Part shown: positions 1 through 11,639 of the stretch, in pieces | Layout of the letters: each line of letters begins with the position of its first letter | How positions within the stretch are numbered: the stretch's first letter is position 1 | From: Octopus bimaculoides | Taxonomy: Eukaryota | Direction: 5' to 3' | NCBI RefSeq assembly: GCF_001194135.2 | Contig: NC_068993.1 | Location: forward strand, 43,420,195-43,464,877 | Length of the DNA stretch: 44,683 nt | Notes under the pieces: generated by a model | What the model saw: only the letters and a program-made list of their open reading frames with translations | What the model was told of the DNA's origin: nothing | Databases searched by the model: none | Made by a program: the position numbers and the translations under genes

Positions 1-35
<35 letters not shown>

Positions 36-287
36 AGATACTTTTGAATGTATTTAATAGACACAGTCATCTTGCAGATAGCAACTTAACTTTAGTTTCT
101 ATTGAACATAGTTTCTGACCCGTTACTCAAGTGTAATGAATAATTACAGGTATTTGGTGCCATTTATGTGTCTGAAGTAACAAACCCATTTGTTACCATA
201 TTTCTGTTGTAATACACTACCTTTCAGTTGATTATGAAGATAATAAAGGATTTAGTAAAATAACTTTGCCATAAGGCTGGTATTCTG

Positions 288-429
288 TCTACAAAATCCA
301 CTTACAAGATTTTGATTTGCCCAGGGCTATAGTAGAAGACACTTGCCCAAAGTGTCATGCACCAGGACTGAACCCAAGACCATGTGCTTAGGAAGCAAAC
401 TTCTTGCTACGCAACCATGTCTGTGCCTG
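288..429 (-). mobile_element. SINE family A (tRNA-like head), 5' part
   Basis: Reverse complement matches the head seen in many copies: GGCACAG-ATGGTTG-G..AGAAG-TTGCTTCC..CACATGG...GGGTTCAGTCC...CACTTTGGGCAAGTGTCTTCTACTATAGCC. Confidence 0.85.
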
Positions 430-1695
430 TGAGAAAAATTTAGATATTAGTATTGTAGTTAAGTGAAAAATCTGCAAGTCTTATTCAGTGATTGAAAGAG
501 AAATATGAGGGTTTTTATTGTATTGTATATTTACATATGTATGCTTTGTATCGTATTTATCATCGCCATTCTCGTTGTTTGTCTAAACTCTGCAAATTTA
601 AAAAGGAAGCCCTCATAATTACATAAAAGCTTCTTCAATATTTGTTATATTCTTTAGCTATTTTTTTCTTTTTTTCTAAATCTGCTTTTCAAATATTTCA
701 TCAGATGGTGCCAAGATTGTGTCTTTTTAATGCATTTATTAGATATAATGTAGTGTATGTATTGTTAGAAAGCAGACATAAATCTCTATTGAATTATATT
801 ATTTTTGCAGTTGCACAAAACACAGATAGACATGCATTTTGGACAACAGAAGTTTTACTGCAAAAATAACACACAATACATCACTGCCTTATAACAAAAA
901 AAGTGAAATACACATTCTTAAACAATACAAAAGGATTTATTGGAAATAGATATAAGCTTAGAGGAATGCCGTTTCTATGCTGCTTGTAAAAGACGCAGGT
1001 CACTTAGAATATAAAGTCAAGGGATGCAACTGAATGTGGGAGAAGTATGTCAGTCTGCTGTAAATAGGAACTTTCCATTGCTGCCATATACAATGTGTAG
1101 CAAATATAATTCTAAAATTGTTCTGCTAGGAAAGATAAAACGAATATCTCTAGAATTATATAACTGTCTTTACCGAAGTAATAATCATACGAGTTCTAAG
1201 ACCACTTCCATATTAGCACTTTCCTGGATATTCAAAAGCATTCACTTCAACTCACTCAAATGTTGCCCGCTTTCAGATTGTGAATCTTTTCATTAGTTCT
1301 AATCAGTTTTGCATTGAAGAAATAGTTCACCTTGTCAAAATAGACTAAACAAGTGTCAGATTAAAGATAGAATTGGATTGGAAAGACATATTCAAAGAGT
1401 GTCTGAGTAGGAACTGCTGATTAATTCTCGGTGGATTAAAACTGAATAAGAAATGCTTCGTAGCATGGTTAAGACTTGGGAAGGTAACTAAGCAAGATGG
1501 AATAAGATCAACTAACATTGCTATAACGTACTATTTAACTAACAACAACCAACAAATATTGTTAAAAGTAATTTCTTATATTAACGTCTATATTATTATT
1601 ATGGTTGTTGTTGACTTAACACACGAGACTGTGATAAAACGAAATACTGCTTATGTATGAGTGTATATATAATCATTATTATTTTACAAGGTTAT

Positions 1696-2030
1696 GAAGT
1701 GCAGGTGTGGCTGTGTGGATTATGAGGTTTGCTTCTCAACCACATGGTTTCAGGTTCAGTCCCACTGTGTAGCGCCTTGGGCAAATGTCTTTCTGCTGTA
1801 GCACTAGGCTGACCAAAACCGTACCGTGTAAGTGAATTTGGTAGATGGAAAATGAAAGAAGCCCATCATGTGTGCGAATGTATATATTTGTCCCCTGATT
1901 TTGACATCATGATAGTTGCAAATGGGTGTCAGTGTCTTACAAGCAGTGTCAGTCCAGTATTTTGTGGAAACCTGTCTAACCATGGGGAAATATTACCTTG
2001 ATGGGGAAACTGGTGAGGGTTGGTAACCAG
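1696..2030 (+). mobile_element. SINE family A with tail type 2 (truncated)
   Basis: Head GTGCAGGTGTGGCTGTGTGG, B-box-like GGTTCAGTCCC, CCTTGGGCAAATGTCTTCT core, then the body shared with 9061, 27947 and 40984. Confidence 0.85.
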
Positions 2031-2065
2031 AGATATGTGTGTACACACACACACACACACACACA

Positions 2066-2399
2066 TAACGAAAATACGTATGGAGAAAATCACATCTTTA
2101 ATTGTGTACAAAACCAACAATTGTTTCTATTGTTTTAGCATATGTAAATATAAAAAATATCATTGAAGTTAATATTTCTGAAAATACATGTTAACATGTT
2201 TTCAAGGCAATCAAAAATTAGTTAAATGGAACTAATTTTGGATCACCTTGAAAACGTTATGTTAACCTGTATTTTCAGAAATATTAACTTCAATGATATT
2301 TTCTATATTTAAATATGTTAACACAATAGAAACAGTTGTCGGCTTTGTAAGGTGAATTCTACAATTAAAGATGCGATTTTCTCCATACATATTTTTGTT
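2066..2399. mobile_element. Foldback / palindromic MITE-like element
   Basis: Arms of about 160 bp are reverse complements around a ~6-nt loop at ~2224-2229. There is a perfect 35-bp match between 2154-2188 and 2268-2302. Confidence 0.8.
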
Positions 2400-2749
2400 G
2401 TCTAATACTCTGAATTTCTCGAAATTCTTCTAAATGATATTTCGATCTACTCGCCATACATGAGGAATTACCTTGGATGAGTTTTCTACTTGCATTGTTT
2501 GGTATCTGATTGTTAGATATAGTTGACCAAATTCATTTAAAACCGAGTGCTTTAGTGATATTTGCCTGGATTTTTTAATCCCTTTCTTTCTCTTTTTATA
2601 TGTGTATGTGTATGTACCAGCATATTACATTTGCTTTTCCTGCTGGTATGGGTTGGATGAGTTGTCATATTGCAAGTCATTTGTTATTTACAGTTACTGA
2701 TTGATCTCCAAGTTTGCTGGAGGACCAGGTCTCCCTTATACATTGCATT

Positions 2750-2837
<88 letters not shown>

Positions 2838-2857
2838 AGATACATGATGGACTTTAC

Positions 2858-2918
2858 CATCTATGGTGATGTCTGAGCATTTGACAACCGTTGCCTCTAT
2901 GCGAAACTCATCAACACC
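2858..2918 (-). CDS. Candidate small internal exon (GVDEFRIEATVVKCSDITID), product unknown
   Basis: On the - strand: poly-T acceptor TTTTTTTTAG|GGT, donor ATG|GTAAAG, 61 nt, only one open frame. No family recognised. Confidence 0.3.
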
Positions 2919-3266
2919 CTAAAAAAAATAAGTGTTGTTTATGTACAGAGCTTACCTCACACTCTCCTAATTATGTAACCTAAACTGATGCATAGTGTGC
3001 ATGCCAGAGACAAAGGGTTGCATGCCAGGGATGGCAGGAATGCTAAACCCGAGCATATAGATGCTGGTCTTCCTTACCATTAAGCTTCATCACAGCTAGT
3101 CTCCCTTATAGGCATCGCCTTCATCTTATGAAATGTTCCCCTTACAGAGATTTATTTGATAATATAAAACATATGCCTTAGTATATTACAGGCCCGAAGT
3201 GGATTACACAAAATAACATAGGCAATTGCAGTATGGTGCATATATACATACACACATACTTGTGTG

Positions 3267-3310
<44 letters not shown>

Positions 3311-4639
3311 TATTACAGATGTTGGAGAAACAAGTAATATTATCTTTATGCATTTATTTAACTAAATTTTCTTTACTTTAATTTTTCTCTTAATTTCTCT
3401 ATAACAACTATTTGTTTCTAGTTGAATGTCAGCAGTGTGACCTGGTCCGGAGTCACGAGTGCTCCTATTAAACATTTAAACATTACATCACAATAAATTA
3501 AATTAAATTATTAACTTTACAGAAACAGAAAAGAAAAAAATGTAAAGATATATATATTAGATAGATAGATAGACAGATAGACAGACAGGTATACTCTCTC
3601 TCACACATGCACATATATATATTTCATTTAATGGTGTGAAATTGTTTGGTTGAGAAAATATAGATCAGACTTTTTAATATTGGTGTATTGAATATGTCAG
3701 TGGTGCATTGCTGGAAGATTGGTATTTTACATTTTTTTTTTTTCTTTTTTTCATATCTTTTCTATTCAAAGAATTCGGAGAGATATTGTACAAATTGCTA
3801 AGATTCCAAAAACACATCATAAGAAAGGTACAAAAAAAAATAATAAATGCAGCCTCTTTCCTTTATATTGACAAACTTTTACACAGCTATCGTCTTTTTT
3901 ACTGCTCTCATTTTCGAAACAGATAATAGAAGACTTATTTTCACAGCTAGTGCAAAGCAACAGTTTGGCATTTTAATAGAATCTATTCCTGTGAAGTTAG
4001 CTTTCATTCATTTAGCCTGAAATTCTTAATTGTTCCTGTCGTATTTTAAGAAATTGATTCTCATAATTTACATCGGTCATCTTTATGACAAAACATTCTG
4101 ATCAGGAAATAGGGTTTCTAGTCTTTAGGCCCTCACAGCATTACAATTGCACTAAATTTTTTCTCTAATTATTTCATATTAATTTTCTTCACCTTTTAAA
4201 GAATTTTTATTATCTAAAAATCATTAGAAATTTTCAAGTAATTATAGAACCGTTATCTACAAAGAAAAAAATTTTCCTTTTTTTTTTTTTCATCATACAA
4301 AGAAATTTAATGTGAGATGCAAAGTTTTCCCAATAACCCTGATATATACTGTAGTGGGACTGAGTCATTTAACATAATTGTATTCATTAATCACTTTTGT
4401 CTTCGTTATGTTCTTTCAATCTAAACTTAGCAAATGTTCACCATTTCCACCACTGCTATCAGCACCACCACCACCTCCAGCTTCTTCTGCCACACAGTCT
4501 TTCTATTTATACTTTATTTTCTTTGCTGATTATGTGTAACAATCTCATTGTTATTGTCGTCTCTTATGTTAAGTTTATTAGAAACAGCTTCAATGAAGGC
4601 GCATACATATATTTTGTATGGGAACACACATATATGCAC

Positions 4640-4682
<43 letters not shown>

Positions 4683-5687
4683 ACTACTATGCAATGCACT
4701 CATTCATATAATATATATATATATATATATATGCACTGTATATACATACTTCTATGCAATGCATTCAGATCTATGCACTGTATATACACATTTTTATGCA
4801 ATACATTTGTGTTTATGCTTTCACACATTCTTCATTATCTCACACACACATTCATGCATGCATGCTTTCAAATATATATATATATTACACATATGCATTG
4901 TAACACATCTCCTGTGTACTCTGCCTGCCTCACACACACACATACACATACATACACACACACACACGCCGAGAGTAAATAGATAAAAAATAACAAAAAC
5001 AAAAGCAATCATCACCATTGCTTCTGAAATGTAGTTATTGAAATCTCTCTTTATCTGGATTTTTGTGGGGTTTTTTTCCCCCTGCTACCTCATATCACAC
5101 AACCCAGCTCTGAGCTCCAGGCTATTGTTAACCTAGTTCATTGTGAATCCTACTAGATTATGCTGGAAGAGCAGATTGCTGGATCTTGCACTAATGTCAT
5201 TTCTTCCTCATCACACCAAGCTCCTGCTCTCTCTCTCTCCCACACACACTCTCCCTCTTTCTCTTCTCTCTCCCTCTCACTCGCATCTCCCTGCCTTTTT
5301 CTCTCTACTCTCTCCTCTCCATCTCCCCCTCACACACACTCACACACTCTTTGTCTCCCAGTTTGACACAGATATCAGAATATCAGAAGAATTCCGTTTG
5401 TTACTTGTGATCCAATTCTAAGAGGCTGTTCTGCGATTCTCTGATTAAGGATTGCTTTTCAATTAATCAACTGTGATCTTCTCTAGATAAAAGTATTCCC
5501 AGAGCACTTACTGGCATTCTTGCTCAATTTAAGGGAACTTTTGTTTATTATATAAAGGAAAACTAGAAGTCTTTTCTTTTCACATTCTTACAATCTTACC
5601 ATTTACTCCTTTTAATAACATTTCTCTTCTTTCCAAACAAAACAGCATGTAAGATTTACACAAGTTTAATGGAAAGGTGAAAACTAC

Positions 5688-5689
<2 letters not shown>

Positions 5690-5763
<74 letters not shown>
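5690..5763. repeat. (CT)n microsatellite
   Basis: About 37 perfect CT units. Confidence 0.98.
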
Positions 5764-5766
<3 letters not shown>

Positions 5767-6039
5767 CTCACATACTTTTCTTTTTTTTACAAATATCAAA
5801 AATTAACTAATATTTAGGTCAAAATTTTTCTATTGATTATTTATTTAGTTCAATATATGCCTTTTGCATGTCTTCTTCTACTTGTGCATTTCATATAAAT
5901 AACTGCTTCAAAAGACATTTCTCTTGATGCATCTTTGAGTACATGTATTGTGTGAGATGCAAAGATGCAAGTATTGTTTTTGGGAAGTTTTTTTTTTTCA
6001 AGTGTATTTGTGTGTGTGAGAGAGAGAGAAAAGTAGATG

Positions 6040-6131
6040 TACAGATCAATATGCTCTATATGTATAAGCTATGTGTGTGTGTGTAACAGTAAGGTTGTGT
6101 ATCTGCATATACATTATGTATAGGAGTAAAG

Positions 6132-6162
<31 letters not shown>

Positions 6163-6480
6163 TAAAAGTGTGTTTGGGGAGTAAAATGTATGTGTAGGAG
6201 TATGTGTGAGGGAAGCAACGGTGAATGAGTGTATGTATGTGCATTGGAGTAAAGGTGTATTGGTAAGTGAATGTGTGCATGTGTGTGTGTATATTGAAGG
6301 AAGTGTGTGTGTGTGTATTGAAGTAAGGGTGTATTGGGGAGTAAATGTATAGGTGGGCGTGAAGGTGTGTGTGTGTGTGTAGGAATGAAGGTGACTGTGT
6401 ATATGTATAAGAGCCAATGTGTGTGTGTGTCTATAGAAGTGAAACTGTGTATGTATTTGAAGAAGTAAAGGCGTGTGAGC
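6040..6480. repeat. Degenerate (TG)-rich cryptic minisatellite
   Basis: TG runs punctuated by a recurring GGAGTAAA(GG)TGT motif at ~6122, 6177, 6247 and 6337, with a variant at ~6460. It explains the His/Thr-rich - strand ORFs. Confidence 0.8.
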
Positions 6481-6548
6481 AAAAAAACATATCTGAACCA
6501 CATTGTAAAAGTTCTGGTGATACAATAGCAAATACACTTTTGAGTGCA

Positions 6549-6772
6549 TAATAATAATAATAATAGTCCTTTCTACTATAGCCACAAGACCTGAAATCTT
6601 GAGGTGGTAGGGTGCTCGTCAATTACATCAGCCCCAGTTTCCTACTGGTACTTATTTTATCAACCCTGAAAGAATGAAACGCAATGTCAACTCCAGCAGA
6701 ATCTGAACTCAGAATCTGAAGACGAACAGAATGCTACTAAGCATTTTGTCTTGCATGCTAGCTCACTGCCTT
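6549..6772 (-). mobile_element. SINE family B
   Basis: Reverse complement of the family seen intact at 20338 (TTAGCATGC..AAATGCTTAG..TTCTGAGTTCA-ATTC..CTTTCA..GATAAAATAAGTACCAG), with a (TAA)n tail. Confidence 0.8.
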
Positions 6773-6787
6773 AATAATAATAATAAT

Positions 6788-6872
6788 TGTGTGTGTGTGT
6801 GCGTGTGCGTGTGCGCGAGCGTGCGTGCGTGCGTGCATGCGTGCGTGCGTGCGAGCGAGCGAGCGAGCGAGC
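6788..6872. repeat. Compound (TG)n-(TGCG)n-(AGCG)n microsatellite
   Basis: Directly visible, and unusually CpG-rich for this window. Confidence 0.95.
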
Positions 6873-7619
6873 AAAGCCAGTACATTTCACAGAAAGTACT
6901 GTATACTACTTATGTCCACACAATGTCCACTTTGCAATTCATATCTTAAAAGAATGTTAAATTGTGTATTAAAAAAGGACTTGGTGTTATATAGTACCGC
7001 CATCTTCCATATTACTGCCATCACCAATACCACCATCACCACTACCACCATCATCCCACTACTATTAGCATCATCATCATCACCATCAATATTTTAATGT
7101 CCATTTTTACATTTTTCCCAATATTTGATTGGACTACTACCTGGTCACAGTCTTTTATCATGTCTATAAAATAACAAAGGACTACGTATGTGTATGTGTG
7201 TCCACTTGACAACTAGTGTTGGTTTGTTTACATCTTTGTAACTTAGCAGTTCAGCAAAAGAGAGTGTTAGAATAAATACCAGACTTTAAAAGAAAGAAAT
7301 AAGTCCTGGGATCAGTTTGTTTCACTAAACTCTTCTAGGTAACGTCCCAGGATGGGTGCAGTCCAATGACTGAAACAAGTAACTGATAAAAGATATCCAG
7401 CATTATAATCAAATGAACACCTTTCTAGGCAATGCCCCAGTGGGGTTGCAGACAAATGACTGAAACCAATGAAATAGAACCATACCATATACTGTCTTGT
7501 ATATCGTCTGTTTCTGCTACTTTGAGTGATTATAATGGTTTCTGGTTTTAGACACTTCAGAACATAAAGAGCTGAAATACTATCCAACAAATATATCGAA
7601 ATCAATTATTATGCTAAAC

Positions 7620-7956
7620 CAGTGGTTCTCAACCTGGGTTCATGTGGCCCCTGAGGGTCCATATAAGATTTTTGGGGATCCATGTAATAAAATAATAAAT
7701 TTAGAATTCACAATAATATTTTAAGGGATCCTGAAAAAACTTTTATTTGGATGTATTCATTGATATGTATCGTAAGAAACAGATAGGTTTCTTTCTCTAT
7801 TTTACATAGTTCCACCTAAACAAGTTAATGTGAAAACCAAAATAGGAATTTTGAAAGAAATTTCTATAATTTTAAATACCAAATGACTATAGGGATCCAC
7901 CAGAATAAAATAGCAATGAAAGGGGTTCATAGATAAAATTTAGTTGAGAACCCCTG
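7620..7956. mobile_element. hAT-type (Charlie-like) MITE
   Basis: TIRs CAGTGGTTCTCAAC and GTTGAGAACCCCTG, with an 8-bp TSD TGCTAAAC/TGCTAAAT. CAG-initiated TIRs and 8-bp TSDs are characteristic of hAT elements. Confidence 0.9.
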
Positions 7957-8680
7957 TGCTAAATCATTTAATTTTTAAGACTGCTTCCCACAACTCGGTA
8001 CTAAATTATTTTTCTTTCCATAAGAGCTCCAGGTTGTATGTTTCATTTCATTAGTGCACAATTCATGGCTGCTTATTTTTCCCTACCACGCCTGGCAATC
8101 TACCAGTGATCTTATTGCACCTGTATGTTCACTGTATTTTCTGCACCAAATACACAGTATGGAGTCAGAAATTTTTCCTTTTTACATATTTACCCTGGCC
8201 CCATGGTTATCTCCCAGATGTTATTTTGTTTTTATGCTCCCCTGTGATTAAGTACTACTTAGGTCTTTGGTGTGTTGATCTTTAAACCTTTTAAGCTACT
8301 CTTCTTCAATTGGAAGTTTTTTTGTGTTTTTTCCTGTAGCTATTTGACAGATTCTGCAATAAGAACTCTGTTATCAGTACGTAAAAGCTCCCAAGTCAAT
8401 CCAGTGTGGAAACTTCTCCATTTTTTGCCTAGAGCTATAATCACCATCTTCTTTTCAGAAGATGAAGGTGTCTATAAGTGCAGAGCACTGGGAAACAAAC
8501 TTAAAAAAATAAATGCTGTACTTTACTACAGTGTTTCTCAAAGCTCTTTTCGTCTAACATATTCCTTCGTTATGTCCAACAGTATTAGCATACTCTCTCT
8601 CTGAAGAATATAGTATAAAATGGTTGGATAGCATAGAACAGACAATAAACATGTGTTATTTTGATATTAATTTAATTTAA

Positions 8681-8863
8681 CCCTTTAGCATTTTAACCAG
8701 CCATATCTGGCCCTGATATTCTACCAGTTTATGCTCAAACTGGCCAAACCCCGTCTCTTACACTTACTCTACAGTATCATACTAAAAGTAAATGAATAAT
8801 TGATTTCTAAGAATGTGAATAAATAAGCATTACATTTAACACAATAATCTGAATGCTAAAGAG
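8681..8863 (+). mobile_element. piggyBac-type MITE (TTAA|CCCTTTAGCATT)
   Basis: Left end TTAA-CCCTTTAGCATT, decayed right end AATGCTAAAGAG. It is the reverse complement of the copy at 11344-11523. Confidence 0.75.
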
Positions 8864-9060
8864 TCCAAATCACGCCATGGTCAACATTGCCTTTAATCCT
8901 CCTAGGGTCAATAGAAATAAAGAATCGGACCAATACTGGGGTTCATATATTTATTCGTTCCCTCCCACTAAAATTTCTGGCCATTTGTTTATGCAAAAAA
9001 TCAATTTAATTTAATCTACTGTTACATTTTTAAAGAAGATGGACTGGCACAGTTTCTGAG

Positions 9061-9440
9061 AGACAGACATGGTTGTATGGTTAAGAAGCCTGCTTCCCAA
9101 CCATGTGGTTTCAGGTTCAGTCCCATTATCGTGGCACCTTGGGCAAGTGTCTTCTACTATAACCCCAAGCCAACCAGAGCCTTGTGAGTGGATTTAGGAG
9201 GCAGAAACTGAGAGAAGCTCATTGTGTGTGTGTGTTTCTGTTTCTGTGTCCTAACATCAAGGGACATGAGTAAGTGAGTGTCACCATTGCACAAAGGATG
9301 TCATTCATCCCCAATCTTCCATTAAAATTAGTCCAGTTGTTTGGAAAATTAGCTTGCTTTGAAACAGGTGAGGATTGACAGCAGGAACAGCATCCAGCCA
9401 CCAACTCTCATTGGTTGAGCAAACATACAGCAAGAATACA
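9061..9440 (+). mobile_element. SINE family A
   Basis: Head AGACAGACATGGTTGTATGGTTAAGAAG, GGTTCAGTCCC and CACCTTGGGCAAGTGTCTTCTACTAT. Confidence 0.85.
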
Positions 9441-10639
9441 TGCTTTTATTATTTCACTTGTTTCAGTCATTGGACAGCAGCCATACTAGGGCTCTGCCTT
9501 GAAAAGTTTAGTCATTTTAATTGATCCCAGTGCTAATTTTCTGTCTTGTATTTATTCTAGTGGCATCTTTTTCTTTGCCAAACCATTAACTTAAAGAAAT
9601 GTAAATAAACCAACACCAGTCTGTCAAACAGTGAGAGATAAATGCACACACACACACATGCACACACACAAATTCTTCAATGATTTTACTTATGTTTTTC
9701 CATGCATGTGTTAGCTGAATATGTATTCAAGTATTGTTTTATAGCCAAATGCCCTTCCTGTCACTAACCTTCTCTTGTTCTTCACTTTTCAAGTAAGGGA
9801 TCTCTTACTTCACATGTGTTTGACAGATCAAAGCCAGTGAATCACATGTTGACAAGAAATGACAAAATATTTCACTGTTTGGAGTGCAATAGTTTTTTTA
9901 TATGAAGTATATTATCATCATTATTTAACATCCAAACTCCATGCTGTCATGGATTGGACGATTTGACAGGATCGTATGTGTCCAAGGACTGCATCATGCT
10001 CCAATGTCTGTTTTGGCATGGTTTCTACTGTCAGATGCTCTTCTTAATGTCAACCACTTTACAGTGTGGATTGGGTGCTTTTCTCATGCTACCTGCACTA
10101 TATTGGTTGCTATGCAGTTCACAGAACTACAAACCCTTGTTGGGATGGAGGTCAGCTTCATGCTGGTTGATGAGAGGATTGAAGTGTGAGAAGTGGGTGT
10201 AGTGTTGGTTCTTGTGGAGGATCTGCTTGGCTTCTCACATCTAGTAGGAGAAAGGGAAGGAAAGAGAAAATGAACAGTAGGAACTGCGAAAGATAGATAG
10301 ATAGATAACAGCAATGCTGTGCCTAATTGGCCCCAATAGACACAAGGTTAACTGATGAATCAGTTTGCAAGTTTGTATGAGAAAGAGATTGAGTGGATGG
10401 GAAGGAGAGGCAGATTGCCAAGTGTAGGGTTGAAGGGTAGATGAGCAAAGAGCCATAAGTTGGAGGGGATAGAGGTATGCAGAGGAGAGAGGGGTCAGGT
10501 AGCAAGAGTTGTAAAGAAGATAGAGTTGTCAGGTGGGGAAGATAAGAGAGAGAGATGACATGGTTGGTAGTCTGCAGGAGCTGGTGCTGGGGACGAGAAG
10601 AGGCAGGCCTAATGCATGGAAGTGGTGGGGATGAGTTAC

Positions 10640-10893
10640 TATAACAGCACTTCCAGAACTCGGTTTTGCTGACAAGGAAGCAGTCTTTGCAAGAACCTCA
10701 TATTGCCAGAGATCTGTCTTATGTTGTCTCCTCCATCAGGCTTAACCACTTCATTCCATGTCTTCCCGGGTCTCCCTCTTCCACAAGTTCTGGTCACATT
10801 TAGCAATTCAGCACTTCTCCATACAGCTGTTTTATCTATATGCATCATGTTTCCATACCAGCACCAACTCCTTTCTTGCGCACAACATTTGAA
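10640..10893 (-). mobile_element. RTE-clade LINE, 3' end of ORF2 (decayed)
   Basis: Translation QERSWCWYGNMMHID...TCGRGRPGKTWNEVVK matches the RTE C-terminal pattern RRLRWYGHVxRM...RGRPRKTW. Confidence 0.85.
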
Positions 10894-10920
10894 CACATGC
10901 ACACACACTGGACTATGCGC

Positions 10921-11071
10921 AGTTTCCATCTGCCAAATTCACTCATTAAGTTATTGGTTAACTTGAAGCAATAGTAAAAGACACTTGCCCAAGGTACTGC
11001 ACAGTGGGACTGAACACAAGACAACATGGATGTGAAATGAACTTCTTAACCACAAAGCTATACCTGCTCCT
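10921..11071 (-). mobile_element. SINE family A head
   Basis: AAGACACTTGCCCAAGGTACTGCACAGTGGGACTGAAC is the reverse complement of the family core. Confidence 0.85.
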
Positions 11072-11343
11072 GTATCACCTGATAATGTTTCTGTCTGTGA
11101 TTGAATAGCTTCTGCTTGAGCTAATAAAAAATATGACGGTTACCATATCAAACATGGTATGTATTATTGTAGGTGATTGGTATCTTAATACAAGCAAATC
11201 ATTGAATAACAAAATTAATGAAATAGAAAAAGAACTCTTGTGTATTTATTCAACTTACTCCAAGCAACTAAATCTGCTTTGAAACGGCTAAATCTACCCT
11301 GAAATACATCAGGTCATCTTTGAAAGGATGACCTCATGTTTAA

Positions 11344-11523
11344 CCTTTTAGCATTCAGATTACTCTGTCAAGTGTAATGCCTATTTATTTATTCATATTG
11401 TTTTAAATTAATCAAACATTTACATCATCAAAATTTTGAAGCTACAAGAAAATGCATATTTTTAGAATTACATTGTAGGGTGGGTGTGAGAAGCCAGATC
11501 TGACTGGCTTAAATGCTAAAGGG
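11344..11523 (-). mobile_element. piggyBac-type MITE
   Basis: TTAA|CCTTTTAGCATT ... AATGCTAAAGGG|TTAA: TIRs with TTAA on both sides. Confidence 0.85.
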
Positions 11524-11594
11524 TTAAAAGCTTTAATTTCATGATAACATCACCACACATAAAACAGCGATTAAAGTTAAATTCATCAGAGAGA

Positions 11595-11639
<45 letters not shown>

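Noticed and set aside
1696-1790. SINE heads as tRNA genes
   Set aside because: A/B-box-like motifs only; no cloverleaf or acceptor stem can be built, and the sequence continues into SINE bodies.
6046-6585. Longest ORF (179 aa, His/Thr-rich) and overlapping ORFs
   Set aside because: It is a translation of (CA)n-rich repeat, open in several frames, with no codon or domain signal.
8458-8500. EDEGVYKCRA, resembling the Ig-domain DxGxYxC motif
   Set aside because: No upstream Ig Cys/Trp strands in frame and no good donor. A 10-residue match is compatible with chance, though a profile search is cheap.
8000-8600. - strand frames with transposase-like words (CIWCRKY, AIRSLVDC, YCRIC)
   Set aside because: Many stops, and no consistent alignment to hAT, piggyBac or LINE motifs.
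10130-10620. Purine-rich stretch suspected to be a Penelope-like 3' region
   Set aside because: No GIY-YIG or RT motif is recoverable. It is probably a decayed repeat but cannot be assigned.
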